64,000 nt of DNA from Eledone cirrhosa (GCA_964016885.1 OZ024743.1:146382001-146446000); one strand, 5' to 3'. Positions 1 to 14,392 are shown, counted from the first letter of the stretch. The notes: a model not told the origin generated them from the letters alone. Made by a program: numbers and translations.

Positions 1-264
1 ATAGGAGCGGTGAAAAACAATTACGTGCAAGAACAGAACCACGTTTATGGTATAAAAGAGGTCGTAGACTAATGTTCTCTAAGTGGTGCATAGAGACGTT
101 CTCTGGCAATGAACGAAAAAACGAAGATAATAAGTCATATGTGGAGCGTGGAGAACAATAGCACGCAAAGACAAAACCACGTAAATGGTATAGCAGAAGT
201 TGTAGACTAAAATTCTAACTAGGAGACCGAATGAATCTCCGCTACAGAGTTAAGAACAAAGTAA

Positions 265-298
<34 letters not shown>

Positions 299-367
299 AA
301 AAAGAGATGAAATCGAAAATGCAACTGGAGTCTTATTTTAAAAAAAAATATATTTATTTATTTGGTT

Positions 368-405
368 CCTTTACCGGTTTCGCAGTTCTTCTGCTTTTCA
401 AAAGG
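368..405 (-). ncRNA. Minimal type I hammerhead-like motif, variant core (Penelope-type)
   Basis: Minus strand reads CCTT-TTGAAAA-GCAG AAGAA CTGC-GAAA-CCGG-TA-AAGG. Stem I is CCTT/AAGG, stem II GCAG/CTGC, stem III palindromic CCGG, site GUA. The core UUGAAAA deviates from CUGANGA. Confidence 0.55.
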
Positions 406-828
406 TGAGTTGAGATGGAGGGTCTGTGGTTTTTCTCACATCTGGTTGGTCTCTGAATGTTACTTGTTTTATATGGAAAAAGTGGCTCGAAATGCCAGGT
501 TTTTCGAGAAGTAATTTGATTGGTTTGTCAATAATTATAATAAATTTCGCGCCAGTTCGCGTTACAATAGTTCTTCAAATAAGAGGGAGGGGGGGGGGGG
601 GTTGTCACAGGTTGTTTTTTCATATATGAGTGTTTGAATTTCTTTTTACTTGAAAAAAGGAGGCTCACGAAGGCTTTTTTTTGGTTGGTTATATATATAT
701 ATATATACACATATATGTTCCACCACACCATGAACAGATTGGTCACATCACCAGTGAGGCTGATGCCATTGGCTGCCTCCTCTTCTTAGATGTATGTTTT
801 ATTATTGAACTTAAACACATAGCCCCCT

Positions 829-1110
829 CGCTATGTTGATGATATCAATATTGTAGTAAAAATACCCCTACAAGAGAGTACCCATGGATCAGAACTAGAA
901 GCTTGCACCATGGGGAGCATCCAGCAAATAGCTAACTCCATCTACCAGAGCATTAAAGTAACAGTAGACCACCCCACTAAACACCCCAATCGCAGACTGC
1001 CCATGTTAGACACAGAACTCTGGATGGAAACTAAGAATGATAAGGTCCAAATCCTCCATTCACATTATACCAAACCCATGGCCTCAAAGTATCTGATCCA
1101 CCAGAGTTCA
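829..1110 (+). mobile_element. Penelope-like element reverse transcriptase fragment
   Basis: In frame with ORF 910..1146: RYVDDINIV...IANSIYQSIKVTVDHP...LPMLDTELW...HYTKPMASKYLIHQSS. The YVDD catalytic motif and the LPxLD and YxKP motifs are typical of PLE RTs. Confidence 0.75.
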
Positions 1111-1236
1111 GATCTAGTTGTCAAAATGGCCGGAGCTCAGTCCTGACTCTTTTCCTATTATTACCCACTCTACTACCCTAAGTATTGAGTACTCTGGTGT
1201 GTTATGATTCATCTGTAGCCATATATGTATATATTA

Positions 1237-1760
<524 letters not shown>

Positions 1761-1788
1761 CGGGTGTGTATGATTGTGTATAGAAGAT

Positions 1789-2189
1789 TATATTAATAAA
1801 AGGAATTCCAGCTTTGTCTTATTTACTCGTTTTATTTACAATCCTTTAAAATTATAATGATATTATAATGAAATAGTATGGTAGAATATTAAACGTTAAA
1901 TGTTAATTGAACAAGTACTTTAATGCATTCGCAATCTTCAGGTTCATATTCAGTGGTGACGTCAAGTAGGCAATTTTCAACTTGACTGTTACCACTGAAT
2001 ATTGCCAACTTGACTGTCACCACTGAATATGAACCTGAAGATTGCGAAAGCATGAAAGTACTTGTTCAAGTAACACTTAACATTTAATATTCTACCATAC
2101 TATTTCATTATAATATCATTATAATTTTAAAGGGTTGTAAATAAAACGAGTAAATCAGACAAAGTTTGAATTCCTTTTATTAATATATA
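1789..2189. mobile_element. Fold-back (inverted-repeat) element with hammerhead motif in both arms
   Basis: Arms ~1789-1975 and ~2001-2189 are reverse complements with few mismatches and are flanked by microsatellites. Confidence 0.85.
2030..2068 (+). ncRNA. Minimal type I hammerhead ribozyme motif
   Basis: TGAAC-CTGAAGA-TTGC GAAA GCAT-GAAA-GTAC-TT-GTTCA. Stem I is TGAAC/GTTCA, stem III palindromic GTAC, site CUU. The mirror copy at 1908-1946 (-) has GAAA>TAAA. Confidence 0.75.
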
Positions 2190-2191
2190 AA

Positions 2192-2280
<89 letters not shown>

Positions 2281-4109
2281 GTGTGTGTGTACACAGAGGA
2301 AAGAGAGAGATAGGAACATATAGAGAGATAGTAAATTTATAATTAGTGAGTTTAATTTCAAAATTTAACCTTAGCTCTGCCTGGTATTTATTTTATGACT
2401 AAACAGAAAAATTACAAAGTAAATAAAATGAGAAAAGAGAATTTAGAGAATGTTGATGGTCATTTAATTGGCAGAGATGAGATGATACATAGAGATGTAA
2501 GAATCAAATCCTGTAACCCAAAACTGTATTGAAGCCTTATGAAAACTTCATGTTTCCTTTTGGAATGATAAAGAAGCAAGAGAGGAATTGCTTTGAAATA
2601 TTTGGTATTTCAAAACATTTTAGAAATTGAAAAGAGATAGGGGGATGATAAAAATTGCTGTGGTATGTTCAGTAAGGGTTTGGGTGATGTAGGTAATGTA
2701 GCATAAGGGGCTTAATATATGCATTCAGTTGAATAAACTAGTTGATTTGTTTAACTTAATCATTAAGAGTTATTGTCTTTTAAACCATCTACCTCTTCCT
2801 CCCTTACCTACACACACATTTCATTTTATTATAAATTGTTTAGTAAGTTGGGAAAAGGTACTTAACACCACACAATCTAATCTAAACATGTTGGATATGT
2901 TGATCTGAATTAGCTGATGGAAAACTTCCGGGGAAGCTGATATGTTTAAAAGGAGATGAATTTAGATTTTTATAATACAATTGTAAAGATGGAGAAATAA
3001 ATTTACTAGAGTTTCAAATCAAATCATTTTAAATAATTACATTTATTTCTATTTCACTTGTAAACGGAATGTTATTGGAAAAACAAACAAGAAAACTAAC
3101 AGCAGCAACAACATAATCATCAAAAAACCATACCACAAACAACAAAACATCTTCTTACAAACTCCATGGAATTGTTTTAAATGAATGTGTAAATTGCTGT
3201 TGTCAGATATTACTTATCTCTTTTGTTCTGATCTCATTTACTCGTAGTTTGCCGGTAATATTTCAGTTATAGCCGTGGGATTCCAGAGGGCAGACATAGT
3301 CTATTGCTTTGACTTCTTCCTAGTTTAGCATTTGATTATCTCAAAAGACATGCTAGCTTCTCTATTTAATTAGATTGAGTTTATTAAAACGAAGAAACTG
3401 AATTGAATATCCTTCTTTCAAAAGTCTACATTGCTTATAGCATCTCTCTCTCTCTCTACTCTGACTCTTTCTCTTGCATCCAACCCCTTTGTTTTAGCTT
3501 AGGAGTAATTATGTACAGTGGAAAACCATGTTACTTAATTATACTTTTGTTTAAAGGAGATAATAACTTTTTAACATTTTCAAAGCGGTATGAACAAAAG
3601 ATAAAGAACTGAGAATGTTAAAAAAAAAAACGCAGTTAAAATAAAGGAAAAAATAAGAATATATTATAACTATTGGTAAATATTTTTTCAATGTAAAGCT
3701 AGATGATAATTAAGTTTTTAAAGTGTAGATATTTTAAAGAGATACCAACTAATAGCGAAGTGGGTAGAACATTTGTTTAAAGAATCCTTTGAGTTTCATA
3801 TCTCAGTTAAGCAGGTGAGAAAGCTGTCTGTAAGTGATATAGCTATAGTGTTTTTACTGATAGAATTGTCTAAATTTTGAACATTGTATATCTATGTCTG
3901 GATGTTGCTATCCTAATGTACAAGAGTGGGTACACTGAAGTGTTTTCCTGTTGCTTTTACTGGCAGGCATAGAAATATATAAAGAGAGTGAATAAATGGA
4001 GCAGTACTATTCTTGCTCTTTCCAGTGAGATTAGGCAGTGAATGCTATAGTTTTGCAATAGGTGTTCATTGTATAAGGTTTCCTTGAAGAATCTGCTCAA
4101 GTTACTGAG

Positions 4110-4158
<49 letters not shown>

Positions 4159-4166
4159 TATATGTG

Positions 4167-4485
4167 TGTGTGTATTGAACAATGAAAATACATAAGTGGT
4201 TAATTGTTTTACGGCCGTTTCAGAGGGCTCATTGATCATGGTAGATCAATATATCAACTAGCAGGTAGTGGTTATGTTACTACCTGTTTCAGAAACAATC
4301 TTCTGGGAAAGACGGTGAGATTGATCAGGGATTTCAAGACTAGAAATAGGTAGTAAAGTGACCACTACCTGCTAGTCCATATATCAATCTGCCATGATCA
4401 ATCAACCCTCTGAAACAACCATAAAACAACGAACTCATTAACCTCCTAACTCTGTCTTTGTTTATTTTCATTGTTCAACACACAC
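4167..4485. mobile_element. Diverged fold-back element with degenerate hammerhead-like remnant
   Basis: Arms ~4167-4290 and ~4344-4485 are imperfect reverse complements. Minus strand 4298-4204 reads TTGTTT-CTGAAAC...GAAA-CGGCCG-TA-AAACAA. Confidence 0.6.
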
Positions 4486-4495
4486 ACATACATAT

Positions 4496-4546
<51 letters not shown>

Positions 4547-6424
4547 AGTTTGAAAAATTCTCTATCATTATTCGTACCGTTTTTGCTAGATTTATTTTTC
4601 CTAATGGTGATTTTAATAATGCTAAAGTTGAATTAATAAAATGCTGTTAATTTTATGCCATCAAATGAGTTTTATACAAGACTGCTTTTCTTATCTTTAC
4701 GTTGGGCGAGGAAACTGAGCTGGTGATCTGGTAAAAAATGTTATGGAACACTAACCAATAAACAATATATATTTCCAAAAGACACTAGAATGAAGACCGT
4801 ATTGAAGATATGAACAGTGATGGTGGATTAAGACATCTAGAATGGATATTTTTGGGGGGTTTGATTGAAAGATTAGCTGAGATGAGTGTGGTATTAGGAA
4901 AATTTGACTGCAATTTGTATTAGCTTATTGTTTAGAGGTTAAATATATATGCAGGACTGATACACAGTCTTTTGCATAAGACTACAAGGTTTATTTACAG
5001 TCTTAATATATAGGAACCTGAAATTACTGGAGTTCTGTATAAAATTAAATGAAAGACTCTCCAGATTGTTGTTTATGATGAGCTACAACTCAATCTATAA
5101 TCAAAGTCAATTCAGCTATAACCATCCTGTATTTTTCCTTGCATGGTACACTCAAGACCACATTACCTAATGTGTCCTCCTCCTAAAATAGTAGAGTGTG
5201 ATCTGAAGGTAATTTGGTTACTATTCCTAGGAGTTAGATCAACCGCATAGAGACTCCCATGTTGGCTGAACACACTCCAGATTTAATTAACCAATTGTGG
5301 AGGTGGAGATCAATGAAACATTTCCATGAATTTCTGTATATGAATATATACACATACATATTATACAGATGGCTTGCAGGAATGTAGCAGCATTTTGTGT
5401 TTAAGGGGAAACAGTAGTGCTTTGTCACTGTGTTAGTGACTATTTCATAGGAAAAACTTTAATACATTTTCAGAAAATACACAAACTACATTGCTCCCCC
5501 TCTCTTTCTATCTTTCTCACAAACATATGTGCATGCATGCACGTGTGTTCACATATATACATACATCCATACGACACCCAAATACACGTTCTCTTTCTCT
5601 TTTATAGAGTCAAATGTACATATGCACATGTATACTCATACATGCACACATGCATGCTCATACATGCACACATGCATGATCACATATATGTACACACACA
5701 TAGACACACACACACACAAATAGACGCACACATACACACACATACACATACTAAGGAAGATTACAGGATGTGATTTTGTTCACTTGCCACTTTTCCCAAC
5801 CTGATTACTTGTAACAAATGAAGTGACAATTTCTTTGTCATATATAACTCCTAATTCCATTGTTGATGAAAAAAACAAAAAAACAAACAAAAACAAGAGG
5901 AAAGTAAGGAATAAGGAAGGAAAGTAACGAGGAAAGAAAGAAAAGAAAAGGAAAACATTTTAGAAGGTTGAAAGGAATAGAAGAAAACTTAAGTAGAAAA
6001 ATCTAGAACAGTTAGAAAAAAACAAAAACAAAAACAAACAATATAAGAACAGTAACAATAATATTAATTCTGAAAGTATGTAACTTAAGTCCTTACATGA
6101 CTGCTTCATGCTTGATTGCACTGGAATATATTAGTAGCTTTAGCAAGATGGGATTAAAGGGAATTTATGAATAATAATTAAACAAGTAAAATAAAAAGAA
6201 GGAAAATAATTAATAAAAAAAAAAAAATTTAATGTCAGATTTTTGTCAGATCATATCAAATGTGAAAAGATACCTTCTTGAACCTCTTCAAAGTTGAGTG
6301 TGATTGGTTAATAATGAAACCAAGAATATATATATAGACTGCTATATAATCAACCAGCGATAGATACGTACAATTTCTACAGAAGCAACACTGTTTTCAC
6401 TGAAGAGATATTTCTTATTTCTAT

Positions 6425-6827
6425 TATATACATACATATATATACATACAAATATACATACATACATATATATGCATGCATACATATATACATGCATATA
6501 TACATACGTATATACGCATGCATACATATATATATACATACATATATACACATGCATATATACATATATACATACATATATACATACATACATACGCATA
6601 CATACATACATATATACATACATATATACATACATGTATACATATATACACATGCATACATACATATATACATATATACATATATACATAAGCAAACATA
6701 CATAAATACATACATACATACATACATACATACATACATACATACACATACATATATACATACATCCATGCATGCATACATTCATACATACATGCATATA
6801 TACATATGCATGCATACATATATACAT
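6425..6827. repeat. Degenerate (TACA)n/(TA)n microsatellite
   Basis: Direct reading. Confidence 0.9.
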
Positions 6828-8499
6828 GATGGCTGCCCCCTCGTTATCGAGTATGGCCATTGCACGATATACCATTATTAGTAATTATTAATTAATTCTA
6901 TCGTGCAATGCCTGTGCGTGAAGATATTTTTTAAAGCGAGGAAAGACTGTGCACTGAGCTAATCCCACTCTCTGAGCGACAGTAGCTATAACCCGAAAAG
7001 AAGAAAAGATCAACATCATTGGTAACTATTGAGCCGCAGGTTTTATATCGGAGTTATCCCAATTTCTTGAGTTGCCTTCTCCTAGAAGAATGCCCTGACA
7101 AAGGCTAGTAGGGGTCCTTCACTCCCAGTGGTTTAACCATACGGTACATATGTATATACATATTTACACACTTTTGGATGGCCATTGACTCTTATGAGTT
7201 CTTCCGCATACATACATACATTCATAGACACATGCATACATACTTACATTCATACATATGCATACATATATACATACATATATATGCATACATACATGTA
7301 TATGCATACAAACATATATACATTCATACATACATATTTACATATATGCATAAATACATACATAAATATATATATACATACATACATGCATACATAATTA
7401 CATACATACATATGCACACATACATATACACATTTATACATACATATACACATTTATACATACATACATAGATACATATATACATACATACACACACACA
7501 TACACACACATACACATACATACATATACGCACACATAAATATACATACATATATACACACATACACACGCACTTATTCATACTATCTTTCTTTACATCA
7601 GAAATATAGATTTCATAGATTTTTATCTTTGTTTGTTCGAAATGGAAAAATGTTCAATCAAAAGTAATGTTCTCTTCACTTTTATTATGGGATTGATTAC
7701 AAATGTCTAGACAACTTTCTGATGAATAGACTACTTTCTCCTTAGACAACACACAATGGCATATCATTGTGTTTTCATCTGTTTATACACGTTCACTGTT
7801 GACAATTTATATGGTCTTGTGTGCGAGACGTGTGAATGTGTCTCTGTGCACACATGTATATGGATTATATGTGTTAAAAACATTATACAAGTTATGTATA
7901 TATATATATACATATATACATGACAACCCGTCTAACCCATGCTAGCGTGGAAGAACGGACGTAAAACGGTGATGATGATGATGATGATGATATAAAACAC
8001 TTTTTTAATATATCAATATATCTAAATCGGTAAGGTGGTTCATTTAGCAGAGACATTAGAAAGCTGGATATACTGTGTTATGATATTTGTTCTGGTTCTC
8101 AGCACAATACATTCAAATCCTACTAATATCAAATGTGTTCTTCATCCTTTTGGGAGTTGATAAAGAAATTAGTTGCCCAATGCTGGTGCAACCCTTTCTT
8201 TCTCCCACATCCTGGACATGCTGGGCTAACAGTATGATGGTTGAGAGGTTGTTTGTCTCCGTTCATGATTACATGAGTACCTAAAACCCTTAACAAAAGC
8301 GTGGTACATTCTACCAAGTCATTCTCAATTGTGAATGATAGCTGTAGTTTTCATTTTTTATTTCTATGTTGGTATCTTCAATGAAAGCTACCCATTTTCT
8401 CAAGTATAGCAGCATCAGGTGTGAAAGAGAACCACTTGGTGTTCATACATAAACACACACATATATATGCATACAAGCATGGATACATACATACATACA

Positions 8500-8815
8500 T
8501 ATAGGAAGACATCTACGGATCATTGATGAGGAGTTTGCTGATCCAGTATCCAAGATACACCTTCTGCTTCATATCCATTATTATTGGATCTGTAGGTTAT
8601 ATACCAACCTACTTGGACCAAAGTATGACTGAACTTTGATTTGTGGACAAAGAGTGCAGCTCCCTAATTCATAGACTATAAATCGTCACAATATCTGGCA
8701 CCTTCAAAATTTGCTAAACATTCTTGCAATTCAAGGAATAACAATTTCTTTTACAATCTTGCCACCAGGAAGGTGGCCAGTCAAAAATGTACTCGAAATT
8801 AAAAAAAAGAGAAAC
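8500..8815 (+). mobile_element. 3' fragment of RLE-type (R4/Dong-like) non-LTR element in (CATA)n
   Basis: Homologous to the reverse complement of 50546-50860. Encodes degenerate FISIIIGSVGYIPT...SGTFKIC and is bounded by (CATA)n on both sides. Confidence 0.55.
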
Positions 8816-9632
8816 ATACATACATACAATACAATCGTACACACATACATATGTACATACATACATCTACATCCACATATACATATGATGGGCTTGTGAA
8901 AAGTGTTTATGTACCAAATTCCACTCTCAAATAATAGGTTAACTTGAGGTTATGATAAAGGATACTTCTCTAAGGTGCTGGGCATTGGTACCAAAACTAG
9001 AATCACATTATTGCAAAATTAACTTCTTAACTACACAGTCATGCTTGTGTCTAAAATAAAACAACAAAACAAAACAAGATTTCAAATAGCTGAACCCTTG
9101 GCTTTATGAAACCATGTAGTCTATGAAATGATTAACATACTCAATTCTTTCATTACCATATTTCTAATGAAAGACACTACTTTTGATTTTCAAATCATTT
9201 TGAAAATAATCAAGAATTTTGAAGGATTTACTAATATAACTAGCTTTCTCATTGTTAAGTTATTAAGCTGGTGTTTGGAACATGACAAAGATTCTTACAT
9301 AAAATCATGCTGGAAATTTATTATATAAATACAAACACATTCAAACAAATGGCTTGGTATTGTAATGTCAAGGGTCGTATCAAGCAGCTTGATTTCAAAA
9401 AGGTTAAAATATATCTTAGTGGATTGTTGCTGTTGTTGTTAAACCCCAGGTCGAGTCTGATGAAACAGACTTCTGGTGAAAGTTATTCCAATCATGCCCA
9501 TCCTGTCTTGAATTCAGGCATAGTGTATCCAGATCTACATTTACAAGTTAAAAACAACAACAACAAAAACATGGTATGTTGTTTGACAGAGACTTAGTTA
9601 TTATTTCTATCAGGTTATTTGACCATATAGAG

Positions 9633-10093
9633 CAGAGGTTCTCAAAGTGGGTGCTACCACTCCCAGGGGGGCGTTGAGAAGGTCCAGGGGAGCGCTGGGG
9701 CCTAATGGGGCGCTAGAGATGATATAACAGTATATTGAATATCAAATGATACATATTATATATAACTAGTAAAATAAAAAATATATAATATATACTTATA
9801 CATAGTATATATTATATCATTTCATCATCATCATCATCATTTGACGTCCGCTTTTCCTTGCTTGCAAGTGTGGGATGGGTTCTTTTCAACACAGCATCTC
9901 TCAATTTGTCATGGTCCTTTGTCATCTCCTCTGTGAGCTTCAGCGATCTGAGGTCAACTCTCAACAATTCTAATTATTATATATTATTTACAATTTGTAT
10001 GTAGGCAGGTCTCTCTGGAAATAGGATTCGGGTATCTGAGGATATTACGTGACCATGAAGACGGGGGTAGCCCCAAAAGTTTGAGAACCTTAG
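9633..10093. mobile_element. hAT-type MITE with 8-bp TSD, containing a nested RTE 3' fragment (~9823-9965)
   Basis: Termini CAGAGGTTCTCAAA...TTTGAGAACCTTAG; TSD ATATAGAG at 9625-9632 and 10094-10101. Confidence 0.8.
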
Positions 10094-10294
10094 ATATAGA
10101 GGCTCCTCCATATACTTCATACATTTCTTATCAAAGACAACTATATGCTTTACATAGATGCAGCATAACAGTGTGGTTAAAAAGTTCAGTTAAAGATTCT
10201 TGTTCTGGGTAGAGCTAAGGTAAGTGTTGTGTTAGTCTAGCATTTAAGACACTCCCTTGTCATTCTCACCATTGGAAATGTAGTCAACCAGTAA

Positions 10295-10486
<192 letters not shown>

Positions 10487-10489
10487 TAA

Positions 10490-10901
10490 CCAGGAGAGAT
10501 GACCCCTTAGCCTTTGTCAAGGCAGAATTCTAGGAGAAGGAAAACTCTGATATAACACCTGCAACCCTGATGGTATCCAATGATGTTGACTTGTTCTTCT
10601 TTTTGGTAAATATCATCTTGGTTAAGAGAGTGGGAATGGCTTTGTGCAGTGCCTTTGCTCACTATAAAAGCTTCACGGCACAGGCATTGCTTTATATCTG
10701 GAGATCTCTCTGCACTTGTCATCACATGGTACCATGGGCCCAGCACTATGTGTCAATAATTGTCACAAATGTAGTGTTTGTACCAGAGTTTTCAAGTCGC
10801 TGGCTGGACTAAAAAGTCACACTCGTTCAGTGTATCGGTAGGGGTTCTCCTACATGGATATAAAGTAGTGGCCGTACTCGAAAACGAGTTGGCAGCCACC
10901 A
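10490..10901 (+). mobile_element. Non-coding retroposon family E, 5'-truncated, inserted in (TATG)n
   Basis: Near-identical to 44300-44711, 51122-51533 and the reverse complement of 36601-36893. Ends in hairpin TAGTGGCCGTACTCGAAAACGAGTTGGCAGCCACCA followed by TGTATG. Confidence 0.8.
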
Positions 10902-10961
<60 letters not shown>

Positions 10962-11242
10962 TGTGTGTGTGTGCACTATATATAATATATATATGTATAT
11001 ATGTATGTATGCATGTATGCAATATATTATATATATATGTATATATTGTTATATTTAGGGAGGGTCATATTGTTATAATATTGCCAGAAATAATAATAAA
11101 ACACACTCACTGTTTGCTTTGGATTGGTTTTCGCTTCTGTATCTTTTATATCTCCATAGTTAATTTATCTGGCAATCAATGTTTATCATTGATTGACCAA
11201 CGGTAAAAAATACAGATAGAAATATATATATATATATAGTCT

Positions 11243-11284
11243 ATCAAAGTTCTTTCGTCACACATCTGTGGCATCATCAGTGTT
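11243..11284 (-). ncRNA. Degenerate minimal hammerhead motif
   Basis: Minus strand AACA-CTGATGA-TGCCACA GATG TGTGAC-GAAA-GAAC-TT-TGAT. The core is intact; stems I-III each have one mismatch. Confidence 0.5.
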
Positions 11285-11333
11285 ACTATTATGTTTCCTC
11301 CCATTGTATTGTAATGTCTACACCACATATATA

Positions 11334-11798
11334 TCATCATCATCATCATCATCAACGTTTAACGTCCGTGTTCCACGCTTGCATGGGTTTGGACGGGGGT
11401 TTTCCCACTTGAGGCAAGAGTGATTGTCTTGCTCGCATAGGACTGTCTGGCAGGTTTTCTACAGTTGGATGCCCTTCCTAACACCAACCACATTTACAGT
11501 GTGGGTCTGGGAGGTTTTTACCGTGTTGCCTACACGGCCACATTACAGCGTGGACTGTGTGTTTTTTTGTCGTGACACCTACACGATCTCATTTGTTTCG
11601 GCCTGGATGGTGTGGCACCAACATAACTTTACATAGAAGGGGGCGGTGTGGATGGGGTGGGGGTGGTGGGACGGGGGCGTATTTTGTTAGAGATGCCTAC
11701 TGACTGTAGTAGGTTTTACTTTGTATTTAGGTAAGGCGGGTCTTCTCTATTACTGAGTACCGCCAAAGGTCTCGGTCCAGTGACATTGTCTTGGTGAG

Positions 11799-11800
<2 letters not shown>
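11334..11800 (-). mobile_element. RTE-dependent non-autonomous element (family C) with (CAT)n tail
   Basis: Contains the GGATGCCCTTCCTAACACCAACC motif, the RTE-type 3' end and an RTE ORF C-terminal remnant (DRDLWRYSV). Near-identical copy at 45975-46418 (+). Confidence 0.75.
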
Positions 11801-11866
<66 letters not shown>

Positions 11867-12544
11867 GTATATATATATATGTATGTATGCATATATGTAT
11901 GCATGTGTGTATGTATGCATGTACACATGCACCACACAGACATATATACATCATATTTAAGAGTATTAAATGTGAATTGTTTACAGCAAAATTGGTTTTA
12001 GCCAATAATTTTTAAATATTTTTTTTATTGTTAATGTTTATGTATGTATATTGCATGTATATGCAGTATGTACACAAACTTATGAATACATATATATCAT
12101 GATGTACATATACCTATATATCATGGTGTCTGGATATACATATGTATATCTATAAAGAGCAATTTCATTGACATCATGTAAATTTATGTATCTGTTTATC
12201 TGTATGTATATTTGTATGTGTATTTATATTCTTATGCTTATATATATGTGTATTTGTATGCACTTGTGCAAACAATGTATGTACGTATGTACGTATGTAC
12301 ATATGTACGTATGTATGTATGTATATATGTATATATATATGTATTGTATGTATGTATGTATGTATGTATGTATATATGTATATATATATGTATTGTATGT
12401 ATGTATGTATATATATGTATTGTATGTATGTACATATGAATGTATGTATGAATGTAGGAATGTATGCATGTATGTATGTATGAATGTATGTGTGTATGAA
12501 TGCATGTATATATGTTTGTACACATGTTTATATATATATATATA

Positions 12545-12893
12545 CAATGATATTAAAGAAATGGAAACTATATTTATAAAACCATATTTATTTTATTTTA
12601 TATATTTTAAGGGTACCAAAACTTTGGTACGCTCTCATCAGATAAAATACTAAGTTTGTTTTATAAATGTTGACATAACCAAGAAAAGATACCTCAACGG
12701 TTCAAGTTTTTCTTGGATAGCTGAAACTTGAACCGTTAAGGTATCTTTTCTTGGTTATGTCAACCAAACTTATGTAAAACAAATTTTGTATTTTATCTGA
12801 TGAGAGTGTACCAAAGTTTTGGTACCCTTGAAATATATATAATAGAAGAAATATGGTTTTATAAATATAGTTTCCATTTATTTAATATCATTG
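12545..12893. mobile_element. Fold-back element with hammerhead motif in both arms
   Basis: Arms ~12545-12709 and ~12724-12893 are reverse complements. The right arm continues as a unique tail to ~12990 before (TA)n. Confidence 0.85.
12791..12847 (+). ncRNA. Minimal type I hammerhead ribozyme motif
   Basis: TTTTAT-CTGATGA-GAGTGTACCAAAGTTTTGGTACCCTT-GAAA-TATATA-TA-ATAGAA. The mirror copy at ~12591-12647 (-) has GAAA>AAAA. Confidence 0.75.
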
Positions 12894-13365
12894 AATATTA
12901 TACTCCAGAAAATTCTGTTGAGTGCTCTGAATCAGTTATAAACATTTATATTTGTTGAATTACCAACAAATTGAATATCCCTTTTGCTCATATATATATA
13001 TATATAAGTATGTACATATATACATAAATATGTATATATAAACATGTGTATAAACATATATACATACATCATCATCATTTAACGTCTATCTTCCATGCTA
13101 GCATCGGTTTAGACGGAAATTGTCCCACTTGAGGCAAGATTGGTTGTCTTGCTCATACAGGACTGTCTGGCAGGTTTTTTACGGCTGGATGCCCTTCCTA
13201 ACACCAACCACAGTGTGGACTGAAAGGTTTTTACTGTGTTACCTACACAGCCACATTACAGCGTGGATTGTGTTTTTTTTTTGTTGTGACACCTACACGA
13301 CCTCATTTATTTAGGACTGGATATTGTGGTACCAACATAACTTTACAGCGAAAGGGGTGGTGTAG

Positions 13366-14130
13366 ATACATACATACATCCATAAATACATGCATACATA
13401 CATATATAAATACATGCTTGCATACATACGTAGATACATAATACATACATACATACATACATGCTTACATACATACATCCATAAATACATGCTTACATAC
13501 ATATATACATGCATACATACATATATAAATACATGCTTGCATACATACGTACATACATAATACATAGATTCATACATACATAGATACATACATACATGCT
13601 TACATACATACATCCATAAATACATGCTTACATACATATATACATGCATACATACATATATAAATACATGCTTGCATACATACGTACATACATAATACAT
13701 AGATTTATACATACATAGATACATACATACATGCTTACATACATACATCCATAAATACATGCTTACATACATATATACATGCATACATACATACATACAT
13801 ATATAAATACATGCTTGCATACATACGTACATACATAATACATAGATTTATACATACATAGATACATACATACATACATGCTTACATTCTTACATACATA
13901 CATACATAAATACATGCTTACATACATATATACATGCATACATACATATATAAATACATGCTTGCATACATACATCCATCAATACATGCTTACATACATA
14001 TATACATGCATACATACATATATAAATACATGCTTGCATACATACGTAGATACATAATACATACATACATACATACATACATACATACATACATACATAC
14101 ATACATACATACATACATACATACATACAT
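13366..14130. repeat. TACA-derived higher-order tandem repeat (~135-nt period)
   Basis: CCATAAATACATGCTTACA recurs at 13479, 13614 and 13749. Confidence 0.85.
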
Positions 14131-14392
14131 ACTGACTGGCACATAAGGACATCATAATGGGAACACTTTTGTTTACACATTAGTCTGTTGTGCAAATGAT
14201 GTACTGGTTAGCACCTCATGTTGTTATAATTAGACATTTGGGAAACAGTCCAGCTGCTGAGTTCATCTGATAAGGAACTTGTATTGAGACCTACAGGCAA
14301 GTTAGGAAATTATGGGATAGAATTAAAATGGAGAGGACAACTATACCTATACTATCAATACTTCAATACTATTGTACACTATATTTTTGTTA

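Noticed and set aside
7719-7750. CTGATGA motif
   Set aside because: No stem II or GAAA in register.
10507-10812. Recurrent 79-80 aa ORFs (also at 44317 and 51139)
   Set aside because: Their recurrence reflects near-identical family E copies; no protein motif is recognisable.
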